DNA of 64,000 nucleotides from a virus (Duplodnaviria; Heunggongvirae; Uroviricota; Caudoviricetes): IMG/VR virus record IMGVR_UViG_2850773344_000009; one strand, 5' to 3'. Shown piece by piece: positions 52,990 to 64,000 of this stretch (position 1 is its first letter; each line of letters starts with the position of its first letter). The notes under the pieces were generated by a model. It saw only the letters and a program-made list of their open reading frames with translations, ran no database searches and was not told where the DNA came from. The position numbers and the translations under genes were made by a program.

Positions 52990-53900
52990 TATCGAATTCC
53001 TTTATTCAGTTGCGCCTTGAGCTTGCGGTACGTCTCTACATCCCCTTTGTTTGCTGCCGCCTCCATCTGCTTTTCAATCGCAGAGATATTTGCAGCAACA
53101 GCATGTCCCTGAATGGGTTCATCAGGTAACGGGGCTTCTGAAACAGGCTTGGCTCGAGGCTTGAGAGTTAAACGTTCTGACAGTCGAGTGAGTTCAATCA
53201 GCGCGGATTGCCCGTCCATCGCCAGCAACTGGCGTGTTTTCTCAGGATTAGCACCAAGGTGATACATGAGAGCGGCGGATTTCTCCGGGAAGAGGCGCAT
53301 GATGTCGGCACCGACTGCTGGCGGCACCAGTTGCATGAATGCATCCTCTTTCTCCTGATAGTCAGGGATATTGAGCTTTTCCGCTGCGTCGTAGTGCTTA
53401 CGGGCCGCCTCGACGTATTGCGCTGATTGCTGGGTGAACTCCTGAGTTTTGCGACCCTGCTCGGCGACAGCCTGGCTTCGTGCGTCCATAGCCTTGATCT
53501 GCCATTCACTGTTTGCCTGCTGGAAGGCAGCCAGTGCGCGGCTCTGGTCATAGTCGTACTTAGCCAGTGCATCTTCGGAAAGATAATCGTTAGGGTCTGG
53601 TTGTTTTGGTAACTCAGGGTTCACCCGCAGGTGCTCCGGCAACTCTCCACGCTTAACCGCTTCCATCTGCTGCTCAAGCTCACGCTGGCGTTTGCGTTCG
53701 ATGCGGCGACGGGCAAATTCAGCATTAGTTGCCGGGTCTTGTTTTGGTTTCTCATCGTCTTTCAGGACAATCTCAAAGCCTTCTTCCTGACCTGCGCTGT
53801 CGTTGGCATTATCGACAACTAAGCCATCAGCAGATGCCGCTGCATGATTGCCGGGCAGGGTTAATTCTTCAGAAGCCTGAATGTCGGTGGTTTGGTCCAT
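52989..53900 (-). CDS. Scaffolding protein, P22 gp8-like
   Basis: 303-aa ORF between portal and coat. Confidence 0.85.
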
Positions 53901-53913
53901 GATTAACTCTCTC

Positions 53914-56079
53914 TTATTGAGGTGTCTCGGCTACTCCGCCGGAGGGGATTTGAACTTGACGCATAAGATTCGCGAAATCCATGCGTTGTGAATGAGTCTG
54001 GTCTGCATCTTTAAGAAGCAGCTCAGCGTTAGCACGAGCATCTTTGCTGCGCTGTTGCTGGAATTGACCTACGAGCCTGAGGTACTCACGCAGTTCTGCC
54101 TGCTTGTCGAGGTCCATATTGTTGAATATTTCTGCAATCTTCGCGGCGTTGAGTTGGTTTTGGGCTTCAACCTTGGCAGCTTCAACCTGAATCTGCGCCT
54201 GTTGGTTCTCTGCCTTGAGCAATTCAGCCTGACCTTGCAGAAGGATACCCTGCGCCTGAATTTGCTCTGCTGATGGCTGCTGCGGCTGTTGTTGTGCCTG
54301 CTGCACCATCTCCATCTCTTCAGGTGTTTCTGGTTTCTTCAGCCCCATCATCACCAGTTGCTTGTTCGCGTACTCTCGCATCATCTCGACGCCTTTACCG
54401 TCAAGCAGCGTGAAGTATTGCAGCATCAGCATCTGGAACTCTGGAGTACCTTGCGGAACCTTGGTGAGCAACTCCTGAATCTCTGCGCGGTTCTGTTCCT
54501 TCATACTCTGGAAGGATGGCCCAACGTCTGTATAGCACTCATATCGACCGCGAATGTCGTTGAGTGTGACCACATTGCCGGACTGGTAATCGACAACTTG
54601 CGCATAGAGTTGAACGTCTTTCTCGCTTCCATCTTCAAGTGTCAGCGTTACATGACGAGGAACGTCATAAATATCGTTGACCATTGAGGCATAAATCTCG
54701 CCATCACGTCGCATTGCGGTAGCCAGGTTATCCTGAAACACGTATGTCTCAAGGTCTGCCCGCATGTTCAGTTGATTGACGGTATCAAAAGCGACCTGAC
54801 CATTTGCCGCCTGCGCATCCACGCCAAGACTAGCCACTTCTTTCACTGCGTTGGTGGCAGCCTCAAGCATGTAAGCGTTGGCTTGCGGCACTTCAGGGTT
54901 TTCCATGTAGGAGATTGGACCAATCGGCAGGTCGTTACCGTTTTCATCGGTCCTGTTCTGCAGATAGTACGGATAGTCATCATTTCCGCCGTACATGTAT
55001 TCGTAGCCTTCGATTTGCTCAGGGAAGAAGGTCGGTTTCTTCTTCGGTGACCGAGCAACAATATCGGCGTTGAACGACATAATCATGTTACGAAGGCGTT
55101 GACCGTCTTTCGTCAGCCTTACCACACCCTCGTAGCACTCCTTGTCACCAGCGAATGACCATTCGCCATACACTGGAACGATTGGAATATGCTCTCCGGC
55201 TATCTTCTCGCGGTCTTTCAGTATCTGCGTACAGGTGATGATCGACTTATACACACGCCGACGCTTCACCTTGCGCTCTGCTACCTTAATGAATCCACGA
55301 TTAGCCAGGTCGTCGATGACGTCTTTGATATCCTGCTGGTAATAGCTGACCGGCTCACCTGTCAGCGGGTCGCGGTAGATGAAGACCTTCTCCTTCTCCT
55401 CTTCTACCTCGTAATACTCAGCGACGTAGACGACATCATTCGACACCCACGGGAATAGCCATGTATCGTTAGGATTCTGGAAAGATGGCAGGGTATCCGG
55501 GTCAATACCGTAATCCTCTGCGAACTCTTTCCAGCCATTGCGCGACAAGGCGTTAATCACCGTGCAGTGCTTAGCGTCGCTCTTATCCATCTGCTTGCTG
55601 TTGGCGTCCCATATGACGTGTGAGCAGGCTTCATGGATTGGCAGGCGTCGGATTACCTGATTGTTGCTTGTTGGATCGTTGTCTTCGTACTGCGTGACCA
55701 GACGCCATGCACCAACGCCTGACTCTATCTGCTCACGAACGCCAACGTTAACGGCAATCTTTGCCGTGTTATGGCGCATATCAGTACGATACATCCCCAT
55801 CAATACATCGGCTGCATCAGGATTAGCGCCGTCTTTGGGTCGGAAGAGAACGTCGACAGGGTTCCGGCGCATCTCTGCGACCAGTTTCCTGACCTCCGGG
55901 CGAACAACATCGAATTGTCCGCGATATTGCAGGGTAGTGTAGTTTGATAGCCAGTCATCCCATTGCGACACTCGGCTAAAATACAGGTCATTTGTCGCCT
56001 CGGTTCTGGCTTCATCGCTCGCCATCCAGTCTGCGTCAAACTTACACAGAATGGAATTGAGTCTGTTTTCGTCGGCCAT
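53914..56079 (-). CDS. Portal protein, P22 gp1-like
   Basis: 721-aa ORF closely matching P22 portal along its whole length as recalled. Confidence 0.9.
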   Translation of the reverse strand: MADENRLNSILCKFDADWMASDEARTEATNDLYFSRVSQWDDWLSNYTTLQYRGQFDVVRPEVRKLVAEMRRNPVDVLFRPKDGANPDAADVLMGMYRTDMRHNTAKIAVNVGVREQIESGVGAWRLVTQYEDNDPTSNNQVIRRLPIHEACSHVIWDANSKQMDKSDAKHCTVINALSRNGWKEFAEDYGIDPDTLPSFQNPNDTWLFPWVSNDVVYVAEYYEVEEEKEKVFIYRDPLTGEPVSYYQQDIKDVIDDLANRGFIKVAERKVKRRRVYKSIITCTQILKDREKIAGEHIPIVPVYGEWSFAGDKECYEGVVRLTKDGQRLRNMIMSFNADIVARSPKKKPTFFPEQIEGYEYMYGGNDDYPYYLQNRTDENGNDLPIGPISYMENPEVPQANAYMLEAATNAVKEVASLGVDAQAANGQVAFDTVNQLNMRADLETYVFQDNLATAMRRDGEIYASMVNDIYDVPRHVTLTLEDGSEKDVQLYAQVVDYQSGNVVTLNDIRGRYECYTDVGPSFQSMKEQNRAEIQELLTKVPQGTPEFQMLMLQYFTLLDGKGVEMMREYANKQLVMMGLKKPETPEEMEMVQQAQQQPQQPSAEQIQAQGILLQGQAELLKAENQQAQIQVEAAKVEAQNQLNAAKIAEIFNNMDLDKQAELREYLRLVGQFQQQRSKDARANAELLLKDADQTHSQRMDFANLMRQVQIPSGGVAETPQ

Positions 56080-57129
56080 TTAAGTTCTCCGTGCGATGGG
56101 CCTGATTGGGGCTGGTATCTTTTTCTCTTTTGGTTTTTTGATGTCGCGCATCATTTTTGCGAAGCGGCGCATCATGTATGCATAGCGAACGGCGGATAGC
56201 ACGTCGTCGTTAAGCTTGACGATTTTCCCGTTTTCATCACGGTGATAGAGGCGGAACTCCTCAAAGAATGGCTCACAGGTATTGAATACTTTGAAGCGAC
56301 CATCGAGCATCATGTCGCGCAATTCAGTGATGCCTGGCTCAACAGCGTTACCGCCATCAGGCCATGTCGCATGCTCCTGCAACATCATAAATCCAGCGTC
56401 TGCATACTGCCCTTTGAGCTGCTCACCGCCGCCCTTCTCGTGCTGGTTTCCATCATGAGGCCATGCGGTTGGCACTTTATGCGCCCATGATTTAACGGCT
56501 CCCCACGCCTGAACGGCTGTTTTTTCTTTCGCCTTCCACACGCGTGAAACGTAGATTGTGTCTGCCTCCTTATCCCACCAAAGCTGAACTTGCGCCTGTG
56601 GGTGATCCCATCCGAAATCCATCCCGCCAATTACGTAGAAGTGATCAGGACACTCGAACGGCTGACACTTAATCGTCTCTTCCGGTATCTGGAAGATTCG
56701 ACCACTACCCATCGTAGGAATACCGCGAGCACGCGCCTCTCTCTCATGCTCGGGATATGATGCGATGATTTGCTCTTTCTGCTCGTCGGTATAGTGCTCA
56801 GCGTCATAGATGGTCATGTTGACCACTTTCTGCGACTTGCTGGGGTTCTTCAGGAACTTGGTAACAACGTCAGACATCCCCATCAGCGGGGTAAACGTCA
56901 GAATTGAGAATTGCCCGTATTTGTTGGTACGGGTAAGACCTTCGCCATAAATGCTGTATGGTGGCTCTTCGTCAAACCACACGCCGTGGATTGTGTCACC
57001 CTGCCAGCGAGCACGGCCTTGCGAGTATGGCTTGAAGTAGCAGATTGAAATGCCATCTTCAACGCCATCAGCCGTGTGATGCTTAACCAGAAGGTGATCA
57101 ACAAGGTTCGGAAAGAAAGGTGAAGTGGC
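56080..57129 (-). pseudogene. Terminase large subunit (P22 gp2-like), N-terminal ~150 codons lost at the IS911 junction
   Basis: ORF immediately upstream of portal runs into the IS911 terminus; nuclease-domain motifs present but no Walker A region; first codons are IS-derived. Confidence 0.7.
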
Positions 57130-57137
57130 TGAAGTGG

Positions 57138-58306
<1,169 letters not shown>

Positions 58307-58431
58307 TGGAGCACCTGTGTTGTTCTGAGGTGAGCATATCACCTCTGTTCAGGTGGCCAAATTCAGTGTGCCACTTCAGCGTGACTTGGGGCGATTACTG
58401 CAAGGCCAATGGTCTACCCGCTCAGAAACTG

Positions 58432-58713
58432 ATGACCATCCTTAAGAAAGAGCGCAAGCTGTTCCGAGTACATCCTTTCAGTGGCGAGTGGTCAGTCAAT
58501 CCAAACTATGTGGAGTACTTTCGAATTATCAAACCTACTGACCATCGATTCAACCCAAACGGTATAAACATTCGGTTTAACGCTAAGGGGCTGGAGTTCT
58601 TCAGCCGACCTGAAAACGTACTCAAGATGCACAGAAAGGTCATAGCGGTTCATGGAAGCGACGCTGCTAAACAGCAACACATACAGGCAGTAGCAAAGCT
58701 GGAGGGGAGGTAA
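58432..58713 (+). CDS. Hypothetical protein, first gene of the cargo cluster; 5' end possibly truncated by IS911
   Basis: Reading frame is open from inside IS911; first Met at 58432; stop 3 nt before the next gene. Confidence 0.4.
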   Translation: MTILKKERKLFRVHPFSGEWSVNPNYVEYFRIIKPTDHRFNPNGINIRFNAKGLEFFSRPENVLKMHRKVIAVHGSDAAKQQHIQAVAKLEGR

Positions 58714-58716
58714 TTC

Positions 58717-58911
58717 ATGACTAATAACACAATCAAGATTGACCCAAGGACACCAGAAGGCCGTAAGGCGTTACGCCTGATGGTGGTACCCACCAAGGCA
58801 CTGATAGCTACTCTGGGTCTGCCTGCCAAGGAAAACCGCCCGTATTACTCTAAAGCTGCCCTCTGTCTCATGGCGGTTGACGCAGGGCTGACCCCAAGAG
58901 ATTTCATGTAA
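58717..58911 (+). CDS. Hypothetical small protein (64 aa)
   Basis: GGAGGGGAGG RBS then ATG; MTNNTIKIDPRTPEGRKALRLMVVPTKALIATLGLPAKE... Confidence 0.45.
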   Translation: MTNNTIKIDPRTPEGRKALRLMVVPTKALIATLGLPAKENRPYYSKAALCLMAVDAGLTPRDFM

Positions 58912-59038
58912 TTAACCCACTAGCACAGCTAGCACCACCTTTTGAACTGACCAAGATACGGGGAGACGCCGTAGGAATACCTATGGAAGACCGATGAGTT
59001 TAATCCTTTTAAAACATCTTTTCAAAGGAGAAACAAAC

Positions 59039-59449
59039 ATGTCTATTTCTTATCGCAAACTGGATATCGCACTGAGCGCTGACAAAGAAACTGTACTGGT
59101 ATTCGGTCAGGAGCTATCCACTAAGTATTTCACCGAAATTGTCGTTACAACCATGCTGAACAGTACAGGCTCTGACATGGCGAACTCAAATCGTATTCTT
59201 AACGATATTCACGCCGCTGGTCTTGATGCAGGTGATTACGGCAAGTATTCCCGCTGGTGGGCTCAAAGCAACGCACAGGAGCGCCAAGAGGCTGAACGCC
59301 GACGTAAAGAAGCTAAGGCACATCAAGAACGTATGGCTGCTATTCATGCTACACCAGAAGAGATTGCTAAGGCGGTCGCTGAACGTAAAGCCCGAGAGGA
59401 AGCATTGATTAAACGCTTCGGCAATAAAGGGGCCGCTTTCGGGCTGTAA
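59039..59449 (+). CDS. Hypothetical protein (136 aa) with Arg/Glu-rich coiled-coil C-terminus
   Basis: AAGGAG RBS 8 nt upstream of ATG; C-terminal ERQEAERRRKEAKAHQERMAAIHATPEEIAKAVAERKAREEALIKR. Confidence 0.45.
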   Translation: MSISYRKLDIALSADKETVLVFGQELSTKYFTEIVVTTMLNSTGSDMANSNRILNDIHAAGLDAGDYGKYSRWWAQSNAQERQEAERRRKEAKAHQERMAAIHATPEEIAKAVAERKAREEALIKRFGNKGAAFGL

Positions 59450-59550
59450 CTGATAACTTTCGGTGGCGCTGCTTGGATTCTGAGATAAGACCAATGGTGT
59501 CACCAGTTACTTTTTACGTAGTGCATTCATACAATAAGGAGATATTCATC

Positions 59551-60690
59551 GTGTCTATTACAAATCAAATTAACAAAGCATCCTCACTGGCTTCTCTGCG
59601 TCAGCCTCAGCGAGATAAAGACGGTCAAATCATTAAGGGGTCTATATGGGGCACTGACATCTCACGCACTGACTATGTTCAGATGACCAATGGTCAAGAC
59701 GCCCAAGTTCTCAACGTAGGCTTTACGGACCGCTCAGGCCGTCCGATGGCCTTCGGGAATGATTCACATGATTTTGTTCAGGCGCTGGAGGACTCTTTGG
59801 ATGAGACCTTCAATGATGGAGACTTCCGCACTGCTGTAATGGAGAATGTCTTCCCTTGTGAGTTTCGCCCATACGGCACTGACCCTACGCCTATTCGCCG
59901 TCAGGCTCTCCAGAATCGCACCGTCCGCTTTAAGCATAATGGCGCGTTTAATCCAGCTAAGGATGCTCCGTCTACCACAGCCATCAAAGGGGCAAGCGTA
60001 ACTGTCACCCCAGTGTTGAACCCTGAGACCAATAAGACGGGCATCCTGTGTTCTGCTACTACTCATGTATCTGACTTCGATATGATGGGCGGTTGGACCG
60101 AGGGGGCATTAATCCAGACTGTAGGTGATATGCAGGTTCAATACTGCCGCCAGATGTTCGCCGCTGTGGTCGATGTCCTGAAAGATACGCCAGACCTTCA
60201 AATCATTGAGGCAGCCCCACTAAGTGGTAAACCGTCTGATCAAGCTGAAGATCTTCTGGATACATTAGCGTTGAATCTTCCGGTCGAGTTGGGAAATACA
60301 CTGAGCGATTACGCTGTATTGGTCCCTGAGAGACTTGAGGCAATCTTGGACCGAGCCGCTCAACGCGCAGGTCATGAGGATATTAGTGAGCTATTGGGCT
60401 GCACTGTATGCAGCTATGCGGGCGATGATACAGGTATCTATCTCCTGCCTAAGCGGTTCGCTTCTATCTCTTTCAGGTCAACTAAAGACGCTAAGACGGT
60501 AGATGTCAAAGTGACCCGAAATAGTAACACTGCTGGGTATGACCTTGAGTTAATCAGTGTGGTCGATGTGTTGGCTACTGGTTCCGTTAAGGTGAAAGCA
60601 GGTGAGTTTGACGTTGAGAAAGACGCCTCTTTCCCGTTGATACATGTTATTCGGTTTACTACCCCCAGAGTAACTATAAACCCTGAGTGA
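59551..60690 (+). CDS. Hypothetical protein (379 aa), largest cargo gene, unknown function
   Basis: AAGGAG RBS 9 nt upstream of a GTG start; no Walker, HNH, PD-(D/E)xK or other motif recognised by eye. Confidence 0.45.
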   Translation: MSITNQINKASSLASLRQPQRDKDGQIIKGSIWGTDISRTDYVQMTNGQDAQVLNVGFTDRSGRPMAFGNDSHDFVQALEDSLDETFNDGDFRTAVMENVFPCEFRPYGTDPTPIRRQALQNRTVRFKHNGAFNPAKDAPSTTAIKGASVTVTPVLNPETNKTGILCSATTHVSDFDMMGGWTEGALIQTVGDMQVQYCRQMFAAVVDVLKDTPDLQIIEAAPLSGKPSDQAEDLLDTLALNLPVELGNTLSDYAVLVPERLEAILDRAAQRAGHEDISELLGCTVCSYAGDDTGIYLLPKRFASISFRSTKDAKTVDVKVTRNSNTAGYDLELISVVDVLATGSVKVKAGEFDVEKDASFPLIHVIRFTTPRVTINPE

Positions 60691-61444
60691 ACATAAGGAG
60701 TACATCCATGAGCTTACAGGAGTTGTTTGAGCTCGTCCTCTGTGTCCACTTGGTCTGCCAGATGCTCTACAGGGAGTGATAGATAATAACAATCAGCAGT
60801 ATGCCCGCAATAGCTATTGCTCTGGTGCTTACAGGTCTTCACTTTGCGGTCGGTGGGGGCTAGTGGCGGTAGGTTATGACCTTGTATTAAAAAAATCTCA
60901 CAAAAATCTCTGTAGGTATCTAATAGACAAAGGTCGGTGCCTCTCCCCCCTTGGCCCCTTTCAAGTCTGGACGATTGGGGCCACTGTCTTAAAGTTAGGA
61001 CTTCGGTTACTCGTTCCAGAGTCACGAGAGGACTTGACCAGAGATAAATTAATGTGTAACCATAACTGTAACCACAAGGATTCATCATCCTTTAGGAAGC
61101 AAATGGTTAGCGGCTGATTATCTTCGATACCTCGATTCCCGCTGCCCGCTCCAGTTAGAGTCTTTCAGTCTGCGATGATGGGAAATCCCGGAGTGACTGA
61201 AAGACGTTTAAGTTATGAATGATCGCTTTTTTTGCAAAATTGCTGTGCAGAAATACTAACCTTCGGGCAGGCGATCATTCATAAGCACTCTGCTTTTATT
61301 CCGATTAACTGTGGGTGGTTTGTTGGATAGAGTGCTTCCCTTACTGTATATATCGTTTCGCCCGCTTTTGCGGGTTTTTCTTTTCAAATCCCTTTCATTT
61401 CTCAGTGTAAAACTACGCCATCCGTTATTTGCGGAGGTGAGGCT

Positions 61445-61660
61445 ATGAAATCCATGGACAAAATTTCAACGGGCATTGCCTACGGCACCTCCTCAGGCAG
61501 TGCTGGCTACTGGTTTTTACAGTGGCTTGATCAGGTCAGTCCGTCACAGTGGGCTGCGATTGGTGTACTGGGGAGTCTGGTTCTGGGCTTCCTGACTTAT
61601 CTGACAAATCTGTACTTCAAAATCAGAGAAGACAAGCGTAAGGCTGCACGGGGAGAGTAA
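61445..61660 (+). CDS. Class II pinholin, phage-21 S21-like, with dual-start motif
   Basis: 71-aa two-[68 protein letters not shown]... Confidence 0.8.
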   Translation: MKSMDKISTGIAYGTSSGSAGYWFLQWLDQVSPSQWAAIGVLGSLVLGFLTYLTNLYFKIREDKRKAARGE

Positions 61661-61664
61661 TTCA

Positions 61665-61979
61665 ATGACACAAAAATATGAACTGATTGTGAAAGGGATC
61701 CGCAATTTTGAGAATAAAGTTACGGTAACTTTAGCGTTACGGGACAAAAAACGCTTTGACGGTGAAATTTTTGACCTGGACATCTCGCTGGACCGTGTTG
61801 AAGGTGCCGCGCTGGAGTTTTATGAGGCAGCAGCCAGAAGGAGCATCAGACAGGTCTTCCTGGATGTTGCTGCCGGGTTATGTGAAGGGGACGAGCTGTT
61901 GCCAGAAACGCGCCCCTGTTCAGAGGCGCGGTATACCATAAAAATTAACAGTTCTGATAACTCGATTACGGGTTGTTAG
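61665..61979 (+). CDS. Hypothetical protein (104 aa) inserted between holin and endolysin
   Basis: ORF starts 5 nt after the holin stop and ends 55 nt before the endolysin; no TM segment or signal peptide. Confidence 0.45.
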   Translation: MTQKYELIVKGIRNFENKVTVTLALRDKKRFDGEIFDLDISLDRVEGAALEFYEAAARRSIRQVFLDVAAGLCEGDELLPETRPCSEARYTIKINSSDNSITGC

Positions 61980-62034
61980 CTTTTTGCAGTTGGCTTTCCA
62001 GTATCTTTCATTGGTAGCATCCTGATAAATATCC

Positions 62035-62568
62035 ATGAGCGCAAAAATCAAATACGGCCTGTCAGCTGCTGTTCTGGCGCTGATTGCTGCAGGCGCGTCT
62101 GCTCCTCAAATACTTGACCAGTTTCTGGATGAAAAAGAGGGTAACCACACTACGGCATACCGCGATGGTTCCGGTATATGGACCATCTGTCGTGGTGCCA
62201 CAATGGTGGATGGTAAGCCCGTCATACCGGGAATGAAGCTGTCGAAGGAAAAATGCGACCAGGTTAACGCTATTGAACGTGATAAGGCGCTGGCATGGGT
62301 GGAGCGCAATATTAAAGTACCACTGACCGAACCACAGAAAGCGGGTATAGCGTCATTTTGTCCCTATAACATTGGCCCAGGTAAGTGTTTCCCGTCGACG
62401 TTTTATAAGCGGCTGAATGCCGGTGATCGTAAGGGCGCATGCGAGGCGATTCGCTGGTGGATAAAAGATGGTGGGCGCGATTGCCGCATACGTTCAAATA
62501 ACTGCTATGGACAGGTTATTCGTCGTGACCAGGAAAGCGCATTAGCCTGTTGGGGGATAGATCAGTGA
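62035..62568 (+). CDS. SAR endolysin (phage lysozyme, GH24-like) with N-terminal signal-anchor-release domain
   Basis: 177-aa ORF; N-terminal weakly hydrophobic Gly/Ala-rich SAR segment followed by a lysozyme-like domain. Confidence 0.75.
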   Translation: MSAKIKYGLSAAVLALIAAGASAPQILDQFLDEKEGNHTTAYRDGSGIWTICRGATMVDGKPVIPGMKLSKEKCDQVNAIERDKALAWVERNIKVPLTEPQKAGIASFCPYNIGPGKCFPSTFYKRLNAGDRKGACEAIRWWIKDGGRDCRIRSNNCYGQVIRRDQESALACWGIDQ

Positions 62569-62573
62569 GCTGA

Positions 62574-63032
62574 GTCGCCGCGATTATTTATGCTCTGGTT
62601 ATCTGCATCATCGTCTGCCTGTCGTGGGCGGTCAATCATTACCGTGATAACGCCATCGCCTACAAAGAACAGCGTGATAAAAAAGTCAGTGAGCTGAAGC
62701 TGGCGACCGCCACCATTACTGACATGCAGCAACGCCAGCGTGCTGCTGATGTACTCGATGCTAAATACACGAAGGAGTTGGCTGATGCGAAAGCTGAAAA
62801 TGATGCTCTTCGGCGCAAGCTTGATAATGGTGGCCGGGTGCTCGTCAAAGGAAAATGCTCTGTGCCATCCTCAGCCGAAACCTCCAGCGCCTCCGGCATG
62901 GGCAATGATGCCACCGTCGAACTCTCTCCAGTTGCTGGACGAAACGTTCTCGGTATCCGGGACGGAATCATCAGAGACCAGACAGCACTGAGAACGCTTC
63001 AGGAATATATCAGGACGCAATGCCTTCGATGA
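62574..63032 (+). CDS. Rz: Rz i-spanin paralogue without a canonical start codon
   Basis: Frame encodes ...[31 protein letters not shown]...[11 protein letters not shown]; an in-frame TGA sits three codons into the expected start region, and the first ATG is at 62724. Confidence 0.5.
   Translation, partial: VAAIIYALVICIIVCLSWAVNHYRDNAIAYKEQRDKKVSELKLATATITDMQQRQRAADVLDAKYTKELADAKAENDALRRKLDNGGRVLVKGKCSVPSSAETSSASGMGNDATVELSPVAGRNVLGIRDGIIRDQTALRTLQEYIRTQCLR
62785..62991 (+). CDS. Rz1: Rz1 o-spanin lipoprotein embedded in Rz
   Basis: [22 protein letters not shown]... lipobox VAGC, proline-rich mature part. Confidence 0.65.
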   Translation: MRKLKMMLFGASLIMVAGCSSKENALCHPQPKPPAPPAWAMMPPSNSLQLLDETFSVSGTESSETRQH

Positions 63033-63538
63033 TAGAGATAATTTTACTCATCATCCTTCACATCTGGCTCTGTAGACAGGGTGGTGATCACTTCTGGAGT
63101 GAATCCAGATTAAACATCTCATTGCTGATGCTTAAAGTTGAGCATTTGGCGCGCGGTAAGGGGCTGCGTTTAGATAAGAGCCAGTCATCACAAACACCAG
63201 GATTTAGCCTCGCATTCGCGGGGCTTTTTATTGCAACAAAGGTAAAGACGATGGATGAAGAATATCGTAAAGACCTGCAACTGTGGTTTGGTCTTACGCA
63301 TGCGTCGTTCTGCGTGATGCCGCGAGTATTCATGGAGGCTATGCCTCCAGAATGGCAAGAGAAGATGGCTCAGTTGCTTTTTGAGTATAGCGACACGATC
63401 AAAACGGATGTCTGCGGAGTTCACAGCTGTTTTGTTACTGCCAAAGACGGCAACAACCGCTTTATGAGGATGCCAGAAGATATTCTGAACTATCGTCATC
63501 CTCGACGTGAATTCATCGAATCATTTCTGAAGAAGTAG
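63020..63538 (+). CDS. Hypothetical protein downstream of the lysis cassette
   Basis: 172-aa ORF (possibly starting at an internal Met near 63251); function unknown. Confidence 0.35.
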   Translation: MPSMIEIILLIILHIWLCRQGGDHFWSESRLNISLLMLKVEHLARGKGLRLDKSQSSQTPGFSLAFAGLFIATKVKTMDEEYRKDLQLWFGLTHASFCVMPRVFMEAMPPEWQEKMAQLLFEYSDTIKTDVCGVHSCFVTAKDGNNRFMRMPEDILNYRHPRREFIESFLKK

Positions 63539-63583
63539 CCATTACAAAGCCTATCTACGGGTGGGTTTGATAATGGCTTATAC

Positions 63584-64000
63584 TGGATTTGCCCCTATAT
63601 TTCCAGACATCTGTTATCACTTAACCCATTACAAGCCCGCTGCCGCAGATATTCCCGTGGCGAGCGATAACCCAGCGCACTATGCGGATGCCATTCGTTA
63701 TAATGCTCGAACGCCTCTGCAAGGTTCTTTGCTGCCGTTAACCCGTCTGGTTTGGGCATGATACTGATGTAGTCACGCTTTATCGTTTTCACGAAGCTCT
63801 CTGCTATTCCGTTACTCTCCGGACTCCGCACCGCCGTGTTCTTCGGTTCAAGTCCCAACATCCGGGCGAACTGGCGTGTTTCATTAGCCCGGTAGCATGA
63901 ACCATTAGCCGTCAGCCACTCCACTGGAGACGACGGAAGATCGTTGCCGAAGCGGCGTTCCACCGCTCCCAGCATGACATCCTGTACTGTTTCACTGTTG
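63584..64000 (-). mobile_element. IS2 (IS3 family), right end; element continues beyond the window
   Basis: Terminal sequence TGGATTTGCCCCTATATTTCCAGACATCTGTTATCACTTAA and C-terminus of the transposase (...[14 protein letters not shown]). Confidence 0.8.
63595..63975 (-). CDS. IS2 OrfB transposase, C-terminal part (5' part outside the window)
   Basis: ORF with integrase-core C-terminal motifs running off the window edge. Confidence 0.8.
   Translation of the reverse strand: MLGAVERRFGNDLPSSPVEWLTANGSCYRANETRQFARMLGLEPKNTAVRSPESNGIAESFVKTIKRDYISIMPKPDGLTAAKNLAEAFEHYNEWHPHSALGYRSPREYLRQRACNGLSDNRCLEI

Noticed and set aside
57121..57129. 9-bp TGAAGTGGC match to the IS911 left terminus directly next to the right terminus (possible circle-junction remnant)
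   Set aside because: Too short to distinguish from chance; it lies within terminase coding sequence.
60714..61117. Overlapping ORFs on both strands (124 aa minus, 113 aa plus) in the region upstream of the pinholin
   Set aside because: Mutually overlapping, no start context, odd composition; the region is better explained as a structured non-coding leader, though this is not proven.
60691..61444. Search for phage-borne tRNA genes upstream of the lysis cassette
   Set aside because: No cloverleaf-compatible segment with a T-arm GGTTCGA-type motif was found by eye; a tRNA scan would be needed to be certain.

Overview
This 64-kb window is a mosaic, IS-riddled prophage region of an enterobacterial (Shigella/E. 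coli-like) chromosome, not ordinary core genome. It contains three juxtaposed phage-derived blocks and six IS types. (1) Positions ~1624-26085: a lambda/434-like regulatory and late region on the minus strand (KilA-N, Rz/Rz1, frameshifted R, S, pR'/6S/tR', Q, nin genes, RusA, Rha, DnaB-like helicase, O-like initiator with iterons, cII), an IS4 insertion, a phage-434-type immunity region (cro, OR1-3, cI, OL1-3), N, sieB, ral, an IS1-disrupted cIII, an early-left accessory operon (recT and others), xis, int, a 46-nt tRNA-Thr 3' core in attP-like configuration, and a gtrA-gtrB-gtr(type) O-antigen glucosylation (serotype-conversion) operon. (2) 26129-42237: an SfV-like virion module (Mu-type contractile tail and baseplate, HK97-type head) whose large terminase is cut off by IS600. 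(3) 44458-57129: a P22/Sf6-like podovirus virion module truncated at both ends by IS elements. Beyond an IS911 lies a four-gene cargo cluster of unknown function, a long structured non-coding region, and a second, phage-21-type lysis cassette (pinholin, SAR endolysin, Rz/Rz1) with an extra gene between holin and endolysin, ending in a partial IS2. Both terminases, one endolysin, cIII and an IS629 transposase are inactivated, so the phages look defective while immunity, exclusion and serotype-conversion functions remain intact. The best candidates for undescribed biology are the cargo cluster at 58378-60690, the secreted protein downstream of cI, and the gene inside the second lysis cassette; none could be assigned a function from sequence alone. 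All protein-family calls rest on recalled similarity, not on a database search. IS boundaries are approximate to within a few bases.
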